From an uncultured cyanobacterium (GTDB taxonomy: Bacteria; Cyanobacteriota; Cyanobacteriia; Cyanobacteriales; Nostocaceae), in the NCBI GenBank assembly GCA_963706595.1, contig OY970166.1, positions 960,001 through 1,024,000 of the forward strand: a DNA stretch of 64,000 nt, written 5' to 3'. The position numbers were made by a program, and so were the translations under genes. The number at the start of each line of letters is the position of its first letter. The first letter of the stretch is position 1. Of the stretch, positions 20,868 to 32,120 are shown piece after piece. The notes below the pieces were generated by a model that had not been told where the DNA came from, did no database searches, and saw only the letters and a list, made by a program, of their open reading frames with translations.

Positions 20868-22121
20868 TTATTCTTTGCGTCTTTGCGCCTCTGCGTGAGC
20901 TAAACCCACAAAATCAAATAAATAATGCGCCATTTGCAACTTAGAACAAGGTAGAATTTCTCGCTGATTTCCTTGTTTATCTAAAAATATCGCCTGATTA
21001 TTGTCACTACCAAAACCACTATCAGGTTTATCAATGGGATTAGCAACAATCATATCCAAATGCTTATTTTGCAACTTGTCCATAGCTGGGGTGATAATAT
21101 TTCCAGTCTGTGCAGCAAAGCCAACTAAAAACTGATGCGGTTGCTTGAGTTGTGCTAACTGAGCAATGATATCTGGTACTGGTTCTAGAGGTAAAGATTG
21201 GGGAAGCGATCGCTTGGGTAATTTCTCTGTACTATAGTCTCTAGGCTTCACATCAGCCACTGCCGCAGACATAATAATTATATCAGAATTGTGTAAGTAT
21301 GACTGCATGACCTGCTGCATTTGGGCGGCATTAACTACAGGTACAGCTTCCACTCCCAATGGTACAGCCCAAGAAGCTGGACTATGCACCAGCGTTATAT
21401 TTGCGCCTCGATGCAATGCAGCTTGTGCTAAAGCTAATCCCATTTTACCTGTAGAAGGATTGCCAATAAACCGCACTGGATCAAAATATTCTCTGGTTCC
21501 CCCAGCGCTAATTAATACACGCTTACCCGTTAAATCTCTCTGTCCGCCAGTGTGTAAAAGTGATTGGATATAAGTCAAAATTTCTGGGGGTTCTGCCATT
21601 CTTCCCGCACCGATGCGATCGCACGCCAATAACCCCGATGCTGTCATCATACCATGATATCTGCTATCTATTAACAGTTGTTGCCAATTGCGCTGCACTG
21701 CTAACTGTAACCACATATCTGTATTCATAGCTGGTGCTAACAACACCGGACAAGTAGAAGCCAGCACCGTATTTGTGAGTAAGTTGTCAGCCATCCCATA
21801 AGCTAACTTTGCTAATGTATGAGCCGTCAAAGGGGCAATCACCAACAAATCTGCCCATTCGCCCAACTCAATATGCAACGGACGGGAATGAGTTGCTTGC
21901 CAAAAATCATCATCTGTGTATGCAGTATGGCGAGAGAGGGTAGCTAAAGTTAAAGGCGTAATAAATTGTTGCGCTGACTGGGTAAGAATGACGCGAATTT
22001 CTACCCCAGTTTTAAACAGCGTCGAAACTAATTCACAAACTTTGTAGGCGGCGATACCACCACATACAGCAATGATCACCCTTTTTTTGCGGTTTGGGGT
22101 TTGGGGTTGGAGATGCAACAT
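20868..22121 (-). CDS. coaBC: phosphopantothenoylcysteine decarboxylase/ligase
   Basis: GGIAAYK, APAMNT.M, LAC...G.GRM, GGT.E..DPVRFI.N.S.GKMG, AAVAD. Confidence 0.95.
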   Translation of the reverse strand: MLHLQPQTPNRKKRVIIAVCGGIAAYKVCELVSTLFKTGVEIRVILTQSAQQFITPLTLATLSRHTAYTDDDFWQATHSRPLHIELGEWADLLVIAPLTAHTLAKLAYGMADNLLTNTVLASTCPVLLAPAMNTDMWLQLAVQRNWQQLLIDSRYHGMMTASGLLACDRIGAGRMAEPPEILTYIQSLLHTGGQRDLTGKRVLISAGGTREYFDPVRFIGNPSTGKMGLALAQAALHRGANITLVHSPASWAVPLGVEAVPVVNAAQMQQVMQSYLHNSDIIIMSAAVADVKPRDYSTEKLPKRSLPQSLPLEPVPDIIAQLAQLKQPHQFLVGFAAQTGNIITPAMDKLQNKHLDMIVANPIDKPDSGFGSDNNQAIFLDKQGNQREILPCSKLQMAHYLFDFVGLAHAEAQRRKE

Positions 22122-22189
22122 AGAGAAGAATTAGGAGTAAATAGTTAAAAATAATAACTTTTTACTCCTAATGTTAAAATTAAACTTTG

Positions 22190-22402
22190 TTATGCTTCGT
22201 CGTAGGCTTCTAAATCCAAGAGATGGATATAAGGTTCAACTAACTCAGGACGTTGAAAAGCGATCGCCCGCAACAGATGCCAATCATTTAAACCCTCAAA
22301 AGCATTGCTATAATCATCTTCCTCTAGACGATTAGCCAAATCTTGGACATCTGCCGTAGTCATAGCAGAAATATCTTTCTTAGAAATGCTTAAAGTTGTC
22401 AT
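22190..22402 (-). CDS. small conserved cyanobacterial protein (DUF2555-like)
   Basis: LA.RLEEDDY...F.GL.DWHLLRA.AF.RPEL.EPY; typical position upstream of coaBC. Confidence 0.8.
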   Translation of the reverse strand: MTTLSISKKDISAMTTADVQDLANRLEEDDYSNAFEGLNDWHLLRAIAFQRPELVEPYIHLLDLEAYDEA

Positions 22403-22637
22403 AATCCTTGCCCCTCCCTTATGCAGAATTCTCACCCAGCACGAATTTGAGTTGCGCTTGACGCTGCTACCCAATCTATCTTACTCATTAGAAGGCGTAC
22501 ATTTGCGAAAAACTTGGATTTTTTTTACCATATTTTGCAAAAAATTTCTACTTCAGACTAGAATCGCCAGGCAGAAGTAGGGGCTGGTTAACAGATATCA
22601 TTCATCATGAACAGGGATATTGTTAAACCCGCCCCTA

Positions 22638-22762
22638 CTAGTACCGCAAGGCGGAAGTCAAAAGTCAAAAGTCAAAAGTCAAAAGTCAAAAGTCAAAAAG
22701 CTTATAAAATGGGCTTTTCATAGATTTTGAATGGTCTGTTTATTTACGCCAACTTGTACTAG
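22638..22762. mobile_element. MITE-like element with internal (AAGTCAA)n repeats
   Basis: Inverted termini CTAGTACCGCAAGGCG / CGCCAACTTGTACTAG; supplies the esterase stop codon. Confidence 0.6.
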
Positions 22763-23373
22763 CCAATGATCTTCACAACAAAATTGCGTAGCACATCTAA
22801 CATTTCTGGGCGAATTTCATGCCCCGTATCAAATTCATGATATTCCACCGCAATTCCCAGAGACTCTGCTGCCTCCCGTGCTTTTAAAGCAGCTTGCAGT
22901 GGCACAACTTCATCGTATCTACCATGCATAATTAAAGTCGGGGGAAAATCACCTTTAGCGGTTGTGACGATATCAGGATGCAAATACCCACTCATGACAA
23001 CTAATCCGGCCAGAGGCAATTTTAGCCCCACATCCAAAGTCATCGCCCCACCTTGAGAAAATCCACTCAAAATAGTCCGCGATAACGGTACACCAGTGGT
23101 ACTTTCCAAAGATTGCAACCAATTTATTAACAATTGCTGACTTTCTGGCAAACCTTCATACATATTTTCCATTCTCAGGTCATACCATGCCCTACCTTTA
23201 GGAGAATGGGGAAAAGGAAAAGGTGCATTGGGAAATAAAAACTGGTGATTAGGTAAATTGAAAAACGGTAATAAAGATGCTGCATCTTCAGCATTAGCTC
23301 CCCAACCATGTAAGCAGACAATTAAACCTGCGGGTGGTTGAGAACTAGAAGGGGGAAGGGAAATAAATTGCAA
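22759..23373 (-). CDS. alpha/beta hydrolase (phospholipase/carboxylesterase)
   Basis: LHGWG, GFSQGG nucleophile, HG..D.VVP, GH.I. Confidence 0.9.
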   Translation of the reverse strand: MQFISLPPSSSQPPAGLIVCLHGWGANAEDAASLLPFFNLPNHQFLFPNAPFPFPHSPKGRAWYDLRMENMYEGLPESQQLLINWLQSLESTTGVPLSRTILSGFSQGGAMTLDVGLKLPLAGLVVMSGYLHPDIVTTAKGDFPPTLIMHGRYDEVVPLQAALKAREAAESLGIAVEYHEFDTGHEIRPEMLDVLRNFVVKIIG

Positions 23374-23594
23374 AGACAGGGTTCTACTCCTAAAATTAAG
23401 CTCTTTGAGTAGATTCTACCTCGACCAACCAATCTCAAGTTTTCTTTGTGTGTTTGTGTCTTGGCGTGGCTGTAGCAATGAGTTCATTAACTCGGTCTAA
23501 ACAAGCATTCAACCCAGCTGCAAACTCATAGCATCGCGATATGTCCCATGAGGATCACCCGCAATACAACCGTAACGTTCCACCAGAGACGTAA

Positions 23595-23850
23595 GGGACT
23601 TCCAATTAAAAAAATATCCCATTGCTGACGTAGGCAGGGGAGCAGGGAGCAGGCTTGCCGTGAGCGTAGTGGCGTGACAAGGCTAAAATGTTGCAATAGA
23701 TTTTTGATAAAATTGGGATAAATCAATGTTTTCTGCTTTTTTCCTAATGCACTACTTTAAGCTTGCCACGCTAGTAGCCGAACGGGAGCAGGGGGGATAA
23801 AGAACAAAGATGGTCTGATGAAATGGGGCAATTTATTTTCTGGAAGTCCC
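23595..23850. mobile_element. MITE (GGGACTTCCA inverted termini, TAA target duplication)
   Basis: TAA|GGGACTTCCA...TGGAAGTCCC|TAA; removing it restores an in-frame GQVTSLVERYG. Confidence 0.8.
23669..23774. mobile_element. nested MITE with TA duplication
   Basis: TA|GTGGCGTGACAAGGCTAAAATG...TTAAGCTTGCCACGCTAG|TA; solo ends of this family at ~32401-32432 and ~61517-61548. Confidence 0.7.
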
Positions 23851-24110
23851 TAACTTGCCCTATGTATGTTTCTTGAGAATTTACTTGGCTATCTATAACT
23901 TCATTCACTTCAGTAGCATTTGCTGCTTGCCCAAAGAACGCCTGTACTGTCAGGCTTGCAGACATTAACAGCCATAAAGAAATTTTATTAGCCATTTTAC
24001 ACCTCACACCAGACGATTACACAAGAATAATTTCCATTTGGAGCTTATTGCTTTTAGACAAAAATTCTGATTTAATAGAAACTAATGTCATGTATACATT
24101 GGAACGTAAT

Positions 24111-24125
24111 TTATAATAGTTATCA
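24111..24125. promoter_or_regulatory. putative Fur box in the divergent porin/Fe(III)-ABC promoter
   Basis: TTATAAT-A-GTTATCA, 12/14 match to TGATAAT-n-ATTATCA. Confidence 0.6.
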
Positions 24126-24281
24126 ATACCGTGAGCTAAAAAATTGCCCCAATAGCCAAAAATAAGTGCTTTTAAATCTAATTGGCAAAAAAGTCAGAAC
24201 TTGTGATGATGCCAGTTTATTTTTTCATGAAAATCTATTTTTTCAATAGCTAATGTCAGAGTTTTTTGTTTGGAGAAAGGT

Positions 24282-25331
24282 ATGAAGCGTCGCCAATTTG
24301 TTTATTTAGTCGGAATAGCAACTGCTAGCGGTGGATTAGCCGTTGCTTGTGATGCTAATTCTAATCAAACCGCCACAGATTTAGGACAAGCCGCTACAGA
24401 ATTAGAGCAAGAGTTAGTCATTTACTCAGGACGTAATGAGAAACTCATAGGTGAACTAATTAAGCAGTTTGAAACCCAAACTAATGCTAAAATTCAAGTC
24501 CGTTATGGTGATACGGCCGAATTAGCATCAGCAATTTTGGAAGAAGGCACAAATAGTCCCGCAGATGTATTTTTTGGTCAAGATGCAGGCGCTCTGGGAG
24601 CTTTGCAAAAAGCAGGTAGAACCGCACAGTTACCAAGTTCTCTGGTGAATAAGGTAGATAGTGCTTACCGTTCTCCAGAAGGACAATGGGTAGGTGTTAC
24701 AGGTAGAGTGCGTACAGTAGATTACAACACAAATTTAGTCAAAGCAGAGGAATTACCCTCATCTATTTTTGGTTTTACTGACCCGAAATGGAAAGGTAAA
24801 ATTGGTTGGGCCCCTACAAATGGCTCGTTTCAATCCTTTGTTACAGGCTTGCGAGTTGCTGAGGGAGAGGAGAGAGCCAAAGAATGGTTAGAAGGTATCA
24901 AAGCTAATGATGCCAAGGTTTATCCTAACAATACATCAATAGTAGAAGCTTTAAGTCGTGGCGAAATAGCTGTAGGATTTGTTAACCATTACTACCTGGA
25001 ACGAATCAAAAAAGATAATCCTGAAGTTCCAGTGGCGCATCATTTCACTGAAGATATTGGGTCTTTAGTTAATGTCGCAGGCGTAGCAATTCTCGACAGT
25101 GCCAAGCATCCTAATATTGCTCAAAGGTTTACCGAATTTTTGCTCAATGAAGATGCTCAAAACTACTTTGCTAGTGAAACCTTTGAGTATCCTCTCGCTT
25201 CTGGAGTTGCTCCCCAAGGGAATTTGAAATCACTCAATGAAATTCGCAAACAAGACAAAAAAATTGATTTGAGTAACCTCAATGATTTGGATAATACACT
25301 AAAATTGTTGCAGCAAGTAGCAATCATTTAA
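24282..25331 (+). CDS. Fe(III) ABC substrate-binding protein (FutA/AfuA family), Tat lipoprotein
   Basis: KRRQF twin-Arg, lipobox AVAC, YSGR, SPADVF, VNHYY Tyr pair, EYP. Confidence 0.88.
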   Translation: MKRRQFVYLVGIATASGGLAVACDANSNQTATDLGQAATELEQELVIYSGRNEKLIGELIKQFETQTNAKIQVRYGDTAELASAILEEGTNSPADVFFGQDAGALGALQKAGRTAQLPSSLVNKVDSAYRSPEGQWVGVTGRVRTVDYNTNLVKAEELPSSIFGFTDPKWKGKIGWAPTNGSFQSFVTGLRVAEGEERAKEWLEGIKANDAKVYPNNTSIVEALSRGEIAVGFVNHYYLERIKKDNPEVPVAHHFTEDIGSLVNVAGVAILDSAKHPNIAQRFTEFLLNEDAQNYFASETFEYPLASGVAPQGNLKSLNEIRKQDKKIDLSNLNDLDNTLKLLQQVAII

Positions 25332-25483
25332 GCTGATATCAGCAAGACTAAATGGGCTGGGTAAGGTAGGAAAGATTTGGAATCCTAGAAAAAGTTTGAG
25401 AAGTTTTCTTGCTTACCAGTGCCACTTAGTGATAATAATTAGAAGGAGCAAAAAGTATCGCTAAATATTCCTGTTAAATAAAA

Positions 25484-26509
25484 ATGCAGACTGTGAAATT
25501 GAACCCATTGTCATTAATGAAAGTTACAGCCGGAGCTTTAGCTTTCATGCTCAGTTCGGGAGTAGGTGTAAGTGTAAATGCACAAACTAAAACTGTCACT
25601 ATTTATTCAGGTAGATCGGAAAAACTGATTTCGCCGTTGCTGGAAAAAGCCAAAAAGGACTTGGGGATGAATATCCAAGTGCGTTATGGTGATACGGCTG
25701 AGTTAGCGATCGCGCTCTTGGAAGAAGGCAAAAATAGCCGCGCCGATTTATTTTTTGCTCAAGATGCGGGTGCTTTAGGAACTCTGGAAAGACGAAATCT
25801 CACCCTACCAATTTCATCTAACTTGGTGAATCGAGTAGATCCTCGCTTTCGCTCTCCCAAAGCACATTGGGTAGGTATTTCTGGTCGGGCGCGTGTACTT
25901 AACTACAACACCAATTTAGTCAAAAAGGATCAACTGCCAAAGTCAGTTTGGGATTTAGTCAGACCACAATGGCGTGGTAAAGTAGCTTGGGCCCCAACTA
26001 ACGGCTCATTTCAGTCATTTGTCACCGCCATGCGGGTACTAGAGGGAGAACCCAGAACTCTGCAATGGCTCAAAGCCATGAAAGCTAATGGAGTCAAAGA
26101 TTACCGCAACAACACCACAATTGTAGAAGCACTAGGACGCGGAGAAACTCAAATCGGGCTGGTAAATAACTATTATTTAGCCAACTTCAAAAAAACTAAT
26201 GCTAATCTCCCTGTAGCTGCTCACTACACCAATCAAGATGCAGCATCAATGATCAACATCGCTGGTGTGGCAATTATGAACTCCACTAAGCAAAAACCGG
26301 AAGTAGAAAAACTGATTGGCTACCTGCTCAGTCCAAGTTCACAAACATACTTTGCTAAAGAAACTAATGAATATCCCCTAGTTTCAGGAGTAGCAGGACC
26401 GGCTAATCAAGTACCATTGAACCAGATTAAGACACCCAAAGTTAACCTGACAAACTTGAATGATTTGCCAGGAACGTTAGAATTGCTACAAGAAGCGGGA
26501 GTTTTGTAA
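25484..26509 (+). CDS. second Fe(III) ABC substrate-binding protein (FutA/AfuA family)
   Basis: Paralog of the upstream gene (YSGR, VRYGDTAELA, WAPTNGSFQSFVT, VNNYY); Sec-type signal. Confidence 0.88.
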   Translation: MQTVKLNPLSLMKVTAGALAFMLSSGVGVSVNAQTKTVTIYSGRSEKLISPLLEKAKKDLGMNIQVRYGDTAELAIALLEEGKNSRADLFFAQDAGALGTLERRNLTLPISSNLVNRVDPRFRSPKAHWVGISGRARVLNYNTNLVKKDQLPKSVWDLVRPQWRGKVAWAPTNGSFQSFVTAMRVLEGEPRTLQWLKAMKANGVKDYRNNTTIVEALGRGETQIGLVNNYYLANFKKTNANLPVAAHYTNQDAASMINIAGVAIMNSTKQKPEVEKLIGYLLSPSSQTYFAKETNEYPLVSGVAGPANQVPLNQIKTPKVNLTNLNDLPGTLELLQEAGVL

Positions 26510-26512
26510 GCG

Positions 26513-28132
26513 TTGAAATCATCGGTTCGCCCTCCATTATTTCTAATTTTAGCGGCGGCGGTAGTAGCAGTGGCTATTACCCTGCCATTAGTATACTTAG
26601 TTATCCGGGCCGCAGGGATCGGTGCGGATGAGTTTTGGGCATTAATTTCTCGTCCCCGCAATATCACTGTTTTCTTGAATAGTGCGGCGATGGCGGCCAC
26701 AGTGACTTTATTTTCCACACTGATTGCTGTACCATTAGCATTTTTAACTGTGCGGACAGACTTACCCGGACGCAAGTTTTGGTTAATAGCCACCACATTA
26801 CCCTTAGCAGTTCCTAGTTATGTGGGCAGTTTTGCGTTAATTGCCGCTTTAGCACCAAGGGGAAGTTTTTTACAATTATTGTTACAACCTCTGGGGGTAG
26901 AAGAATTACCTTCTATTTATGGTTTTCCGGGGGCAGTTTTAGCCATCACCTTGTTTACTTACCCTTATCTATTACTCAGTGTCCGTTCTGGGTTACAAGG
27001 TATAGATCCTTCGATAGAGGAAGCTGGCCGCAGTTTGGGTTATAGCAGTAAGGAGACCTTCTTTAAGGTAGTTTTACCCCAACTGAAACCATCCATGATT
27101 GCCGGGGGATTATTGGTAGCTTTGTATTCATTGCGCGATTTTGGCACACCTTCGCTGATGCGGTTTGATGCCTTTACACGGGTAATTTTTACACAATATA
27201 AAGCTAGTTTTAATCGCAACACAGCTGCGGTGTTATCTTTAATGTTGGTGACACTGGTACTGTTAATTTTATGGCTAGAGTATCGAGTGCGATCGCGTGC
27301 TGCATATTATAGTCGTGGTTCCGCCTCATTACGTCCGCCGAAAATTGTCAAATTGGGAATTTGGAAATGGCCAGCGCTGGGCTTTTGCTTACTGATTACT
27401 AGCTTCGGTGTAGTGTTACCAGTGGGGATTACCTTATTTTGGCTAATTCGGGGACTGAATACAGGGTACAGTTTCCCCAACTTATTACCTAGCATTTTTA
27501 ACTCAGTTTCAGCAGCTGGATTAGCTGCGATCGCCGCGACAATATTTGCATTACCTGTAGCCATATTATCAGTCAGATTCCCCACTAAAATCACCGCTAT
27601 AATTGAACGCTGCTCTTATATAGGTTTTGGTGTCCCAGGAATTGTCGTAGCTTTATCATTGGTCTTTTTTGGTGCAAACTACTTGCCATTTCTGTATCAA
27701 ACATTGCCAATGCTCATATTTGCGTATTTAGTCTTATTTCTGCCCCAATCACTCGGAGCAATACGCACCAGCCTTTTACAAGTCAATCCCCAGCTAGAAG
27801 AATCAGCCCGCAGCTTAGGCAGAAATCCTTGGCAAGCCCTAAGAGAAATCACTTTACCCCTCGTCAGACCTGGAGTGTTGAGTGGTGCAGTCTTGGTCTT
27901 TCTCACAGCCATTAAAGAACTACCAGCAACGATGTTGTTAGCACCCATAGGCTTCAACACCTTAGCAACACAAATTTGGCAAGCCACAGAAAACGTCGAT
28001 TTTGCCGACGCTGCGGCCTCCTCCCTCACAATGCTGCTCGTTTCAATGGGTTCAACTTTATTGGTGCTATCTCAAGAAAACGTGAAAAAAGAGAAAGTCA
28101 CACCTGACGCAGAAATCCAACCCAAATTTTAA
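26513..28132 (+). CDS. Fe(III) ABC permease (FutB/FbpB family)
   Basis: Two permease halves with EAA loops (EEAGRSLG, EESARSLG); TTG start. Confidence 0.9.
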   Translation: MKSSVRPPLFLILAAAVVAVAITLPLVYLVIRAAGIGADEFWALISRPRNITVFLNSAAMAATVTLFSTLIAVPLAFLTVRTDLPGRKFWLIATTLPLAVPSYVGSFALIAALAPRGSFLQLLLQPLGVEELPSIYGFPGAVLAITLFTYPYLLLSVRSGLQGIDPSIEEAGRSLGYSSKETFFKVVLPQLKPSMIAGGLLVALYSLRDFGTPSLMRFDAFTRVIFTQYKASFNRNTAAVLSLMLVTLVLLILWLEYRVRSRAAYYSRGSASLRPPKIVKLGIWKWPALGFCLLITSFGVVLPVGITLFWLIRGLNTGYSFPNLLPSIFNSVSAAGLAAIAATIFALPVAILSVRFPTKITAIIERCSYIGFGVPGIVVALSLVFFGANYLPFLYQTLPMLIFAYLVLFLPQSLGAIRTSLLQVNPQLEESARSLGRNPWQALREITLPLVRPGVLSGAVLVFLTAIKELPATMLLAPIGFNTLATQIWQATENVDFADAAASSLTMLLVSMGSTLLVLSQENVKKEKVTPDAEIQPKF

Positions 28133-28166
28133 TTTTCTCATCGCCTTATTTCCCCGATTATTTACT

Positions 28167-29207
28167 ATGCAACAAGCAATTGTCAAATTACAGAATGTCA
28201 CCAAGCAGTTTTCCCAAAATGTCGCGCCAGCCGTCGATAACGTCTCCCTAACGCTGCAACAAGGGGATATATTGGGATTGCTCGGCCCATCTGGTTGTGG
28301 TAAAACTACGCTGTTGCGAATGATCGCGGGCTTTGAGAACGTGCAATCAGGAAAAATTGAAATTGGCGGTAAAATAGTTGGCGAGGGTTCTCTTTGTGTG
28401 CCAGCCGAACAGCGTGACATCGGCATTGTTTTTCAAGATTATGCCCTGTTTCCCCATTTAAACGTCGCCGAAAATGTCGCCTTTGGGTTGAAACATTCCA
28501 CAAAACAGCAAATCCAAAAACGTATCGCCGAAGTCATTGAATTAGTAAACCTGCAAGGCTTAGAGAAACGTTACCCTTACGAACTATCAGGTGGACAGCA
28601 GCAAAGAGTCGCCCTCGCCCGCGCCTTAGCACCCCAACCGCAACTGATGCTTTTGGATGAACCTTTAAGCAATCTGGATATTCAAGTGCGGTTACGATTG
28701 CGCGAGGAAATCCGAGACATCCTGAAAGCGGCGGGTACTTCAGCTATTTTTGTTACCCATGACCAAGAAGAAGCACTAGCCATTTCAGATATTGTGGGTG
28801 TCATGAAACAAGGACACTTAGAGCAACTAGGCACACCAGAAGAAATTTACACTCATCCAGCATCGAGGTTTGTCGCGGAATTTGTCACTCAGGCTAACTT
28901 CCTTCCCGCCCGCCGTCAAGGTAATATCTGGGAAACCGAAGTAGGTAATTTTGAGTTACCAGTTAACTACACAAACGACACAGGCGAAATCATGATCCGC
29001 CAGGAAGGTTTAAGATTAGAAGCAGCGACTGATTCGCCTGTATTTATCCACAGCCGCAGATTTTTAGGACGCGAATATCTCTATTGTTTAAAAACCGCCT
29101 CCGGGAAAGAAATTCACGCTCGAACCATAGCTGATATCCCTCTACCCATAGGCGCACGAGTGCAAGTATCTGTCCCAGGTAACACCGTCAAGGTTTTCCC
29201 CCAATAA
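28167..29207 (+). CDS. Fe(III) ABC ATP-binding protein (FutC/FbpC family)
   Basis: GPSGCGKTT, VFQDYALFPHL, LSGGQQQRVALARAL, VTHDQEEA. Confidence 0.92.
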   Translation: MQQAIVKLQNVTKQFSQNVAPAVDNVSLTLQQGDILGLLGPSGCGKTTLLRMIAGFENVQSGKIEIGGKIVGEGSLCVPAEQRDIGIVFQDYALFPHLNVAENVAFGLKHSTKQQIQKRIAEVIELVNLQGLEKRYPYELSGGQQQRVALARALAPQPQLMLLDEPLSNLDIQVRLRLREEIRDILKAAGTSAIFVTHDQEEALAISDIVGVMKQGHLEQLGTPEEIYTHPASRFVAEFVTQANFLPARRQGNIWETEVGNFELPVNYTNDTGEIMIRQEGLRLEAATDSPVFIHSRRFLGREYLYCLKTASGKEIHARTIADIPLPIGARVQVSVPGNTVKVFPQ

Positions 29208-29334
29208 GTAGGTAGGCGGAAAAATTTCAAGGTATGTCATTGCGAACGGAGCGTAGTGGAGTGAAGCAATCGCAAGGGTTTTGAGGATTTTACATTTTGT
29301 TGCATGGTTAGGTTTATTTGTGCCTACCTACTTA
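29205..29334. mobile_element. MITE-like element with internal REP/SDR-like palindrome
   Basis: 13-bp perfect inverted termini TAAGTAGGTAGGC / GCCTACCTACTTA; left end contains the futC stop; solo end near 556-572. Confidence 0.7.
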
Positions 29335-29535
29335 GTTTCTGGGAATAAAAGTTTGTAGTCAGGGCTTCAGCCCTACTTTGATTCTGAAAACCTTTCTGCA
29401 AGCAACAAATTACAACCAATTTATCCTATATACTAGTGATTTGAGATTTTGAAACAGATAATTAATCGTCTCCTTGGGAGAAGGACACAAAGGAAGAGAG
29501 TTGAGAGATATTTGCGTAGGTAGTGAGAGTGTTAG

Positions 29536-30734
29536 TCAACATTTTTCACTAGAGAAAAGTACGATTAAAAGTTCTTTTCCTGCATCTTCAATATTTCCAT
29601 TTAGAAGAGAGAAAGCAAGACTTCGCACTCTAATTTTTCCTCTATGTTCTCCAATATATTCATCAAGATGATGTTAACACTTGATAAACGAAGCTTGAAA
29701 TTTAGACAGCCTTACCTAGGCTATATATTTTTGGAAATATTGTGTACGCAATTTCTATATTTAGTATCCAGAATGTATTGAGGAGTTAAAGTTTGAGTGT
29801 CGTATATAATCAAATCAGTTTGAAAATATATGTTTTTTTCTATGTTGATTCTTTCTTGAGTCTTCAGAGTTAAATTGGGGGGTAAATTTTCATTTAAGCC
29901 ATTCTGCAACAAAAAGTTCATATAAATGTGCCATATCGACGAGAAAGGGTAGAGGTTTTGTAATTTCCCCATTCAAGACTGGAGCTACAATTATCTAAAA
30001 AGAATCGAAAATTATGTAATAGTTATAGTCTGGATTGAGGCGATTATATGTCTGGCTGATACAATCTTCTGCAGTACAAGGTTGCAGCGTTACTAATCCT
30101 TGTAGAGCGTGATAAGCTTTTCGTACTATCTGGTGATACTCTTTCTGAACATAAACTGCTACGACCAATTATATAAAGTGTCCAAACCAGTATTTGATTT
30201 TCTTTAACATCAGCCGTATGTTCTTCGTAATTGCATTGTAAGTTTAACATTCCACGGCTTTTGAATTACCTGTTGCATATCTAGCCTTCCCCGCACATAA
30301 GAAATCTGCTGGGTTTATGGCAAATAAGTACGATATAATCCTTTACGGCATCGTCTAAAACTTTAGTTGAGCTAAGATATGAGCCAGATTATTATAAAAA
30401 TCTTCTAGTGATTCACAATGTCAACCCTTCGAGAAAGCGAAACCCTTTTAAAGGTAGGCATATTCCAGCATTTAAAAGAGGTTTTGATGGCACTTTCCGA
30501 TTTATTCTTAGCTGCAATTCAGGAGTTACAGGAATGTAACCTACCCAACCTTTAGCTTTGAGTTTCCAAATGATCTCTCGTTGTATAGATAGGAAATTCT
30601 ATATCTACTTGTGTTTTGTATTTTTCATATAACTCGACTGCGAGTGAATCGGGCTATTTCATAACGCTTAAAATAATATATTTTCGATATTCTATATCTT
30701 CAATAATTATTGGTTTTGCTGAGTTTATATCCAT
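29536..30734 (-). pseudogene. mcrC: McrC-family subunit, many frameshifts
   Basis: Fragments GWVG.IP, YVRG.L, YEEHTADVKENQIL, QTDLIIYD...ILDTKY (PD-D/ExK), IRVRSL.FSL; directly downstream of the mcrB remnant. Confidence 0.75.
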
Positions 30735-30736
30735 AG

Positions 30737-32120
30737 TTAACTTTGCTTTATTTCATCCCAGCGAAACTCATCTACTTTTTCTAGCTGATTAAAAAAGTAT
30801 TCTTCTAAATATGGTTCAATTTCCATGCGCCATATATCTTCTATATCTTCCCGTAGGTTGTCTGTTAAAAAGAATGAAATGCCAATTTCGTAGTTTTTGT
30901 CTGCAATGGCCAGATTTAATTGCTCTAAAATATTAATTAATTCCCTCTACTGCAAAACCTGTTTTTAGGTGATAACGTTGCTAGAACATCATAATTTGGG
31001 CGAAGTTCAATAAATGCAAAGCGACGGCGTAACGCATGGTCTATATTAGCAATAGACCTATCTGCTGTATTCATCGTGCCAATAATGCGGACATTTTCTG
31101 GAATGCGAAAAATGTTACCACCAGCTAGTGGAATTTCTCTGATCACGGTACTCAAGTAAATACATTAGTTCACCAAAAACTTGTGTAAGATTTGCGCGGT
31201 TTATTTCATCAATGATCAAAACACAAGTGTCTTGGCAAGACTCTGCTTTTTTACAGAACTCTAAAAAGCGACCTGGAACAAGCGGATATGTTAATTTCCC
31301 ATCTTGACTTTGAGGACGGATACCTTGAATGAAGTCTTCATAAGTGTAGCTGGATGAAATTGAACTAATTCATAAAAACCATAATCACCAATTAATTGTT
31401 TAGCAAATTTTTCAGCAATGAAGGTTTTTCCTGTTCCAGGTGAACCATATATAATTGCTTGTCTTTTACGATTAATAGCGCGTAACCAACATTCTAGTTC
31501 TTTTTCACTAAAGCCTGTTTCTGTCTGTCCAAGATTCAAACAATCAGATGGATTCCTCTTTGGCTGATAAATAATGATTAATAACTGGGATAGGCTCATC
31601 AGTAGTAGCAAGTAAAATTAAGAGGAAGATATTGTTTAAACCAATTTACACATTTAAATACCGTTGCTTGAAATCCCAAGTAATATGAGAAATTGATCTT
31701 AGTCCAAAATGCAATTCTTATCAGTAATTAATAACTTAGGATTTTGAATGGATAATATTTGTAATTGATTCTGGATTTTTATTTCCAGCTTTTTGTAATA
31801 ACTTATAATAAGTTAAATCACACGCATTCAGTTTTATACCCGATTGGTTAATTTGTATCCTCATTAGGTTACAATGACCAAATCTTGCTTCTAAGCATAA
31901 CTCATGATCTTCATCATTGAGATTAGCCTCCACTATATTTTTTTTAACTAGGTCATGATGATTAGCGTTAATATCATTTACTGGATGTAGGGACAGAAAT
32001 ATTGGTAAATAACTGGAAACTTTCTGTGCAAAGCTCTATAAAAGGATATTCTACATAGGTTCGAAATTCATGATATCTAAAAGAATGAGGCATTCATTAA
32101 GATCTTCTGCATATGCTTCG
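30737..32120 (-). pseudogene. mcrB: McrB-family AAA+ GTPase, many frameshifts
   Basis: [56 protein letters not shown] spread over three frames; 5' limit approximate. Confidence 0.85.

Larger units (their letters stand above)
23463..23995 (-). pseudogene. truncated SLH-domain outer-membrane porin (iron-uptake porin type)
   Basis: Signal peptide..GQV|insertion|TSLVERYGCIAGDPHGTYR, then frameshift to YEFAAGLNACLDRVNELIATAT; beta-barrel missing. Confidence 0.85.
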
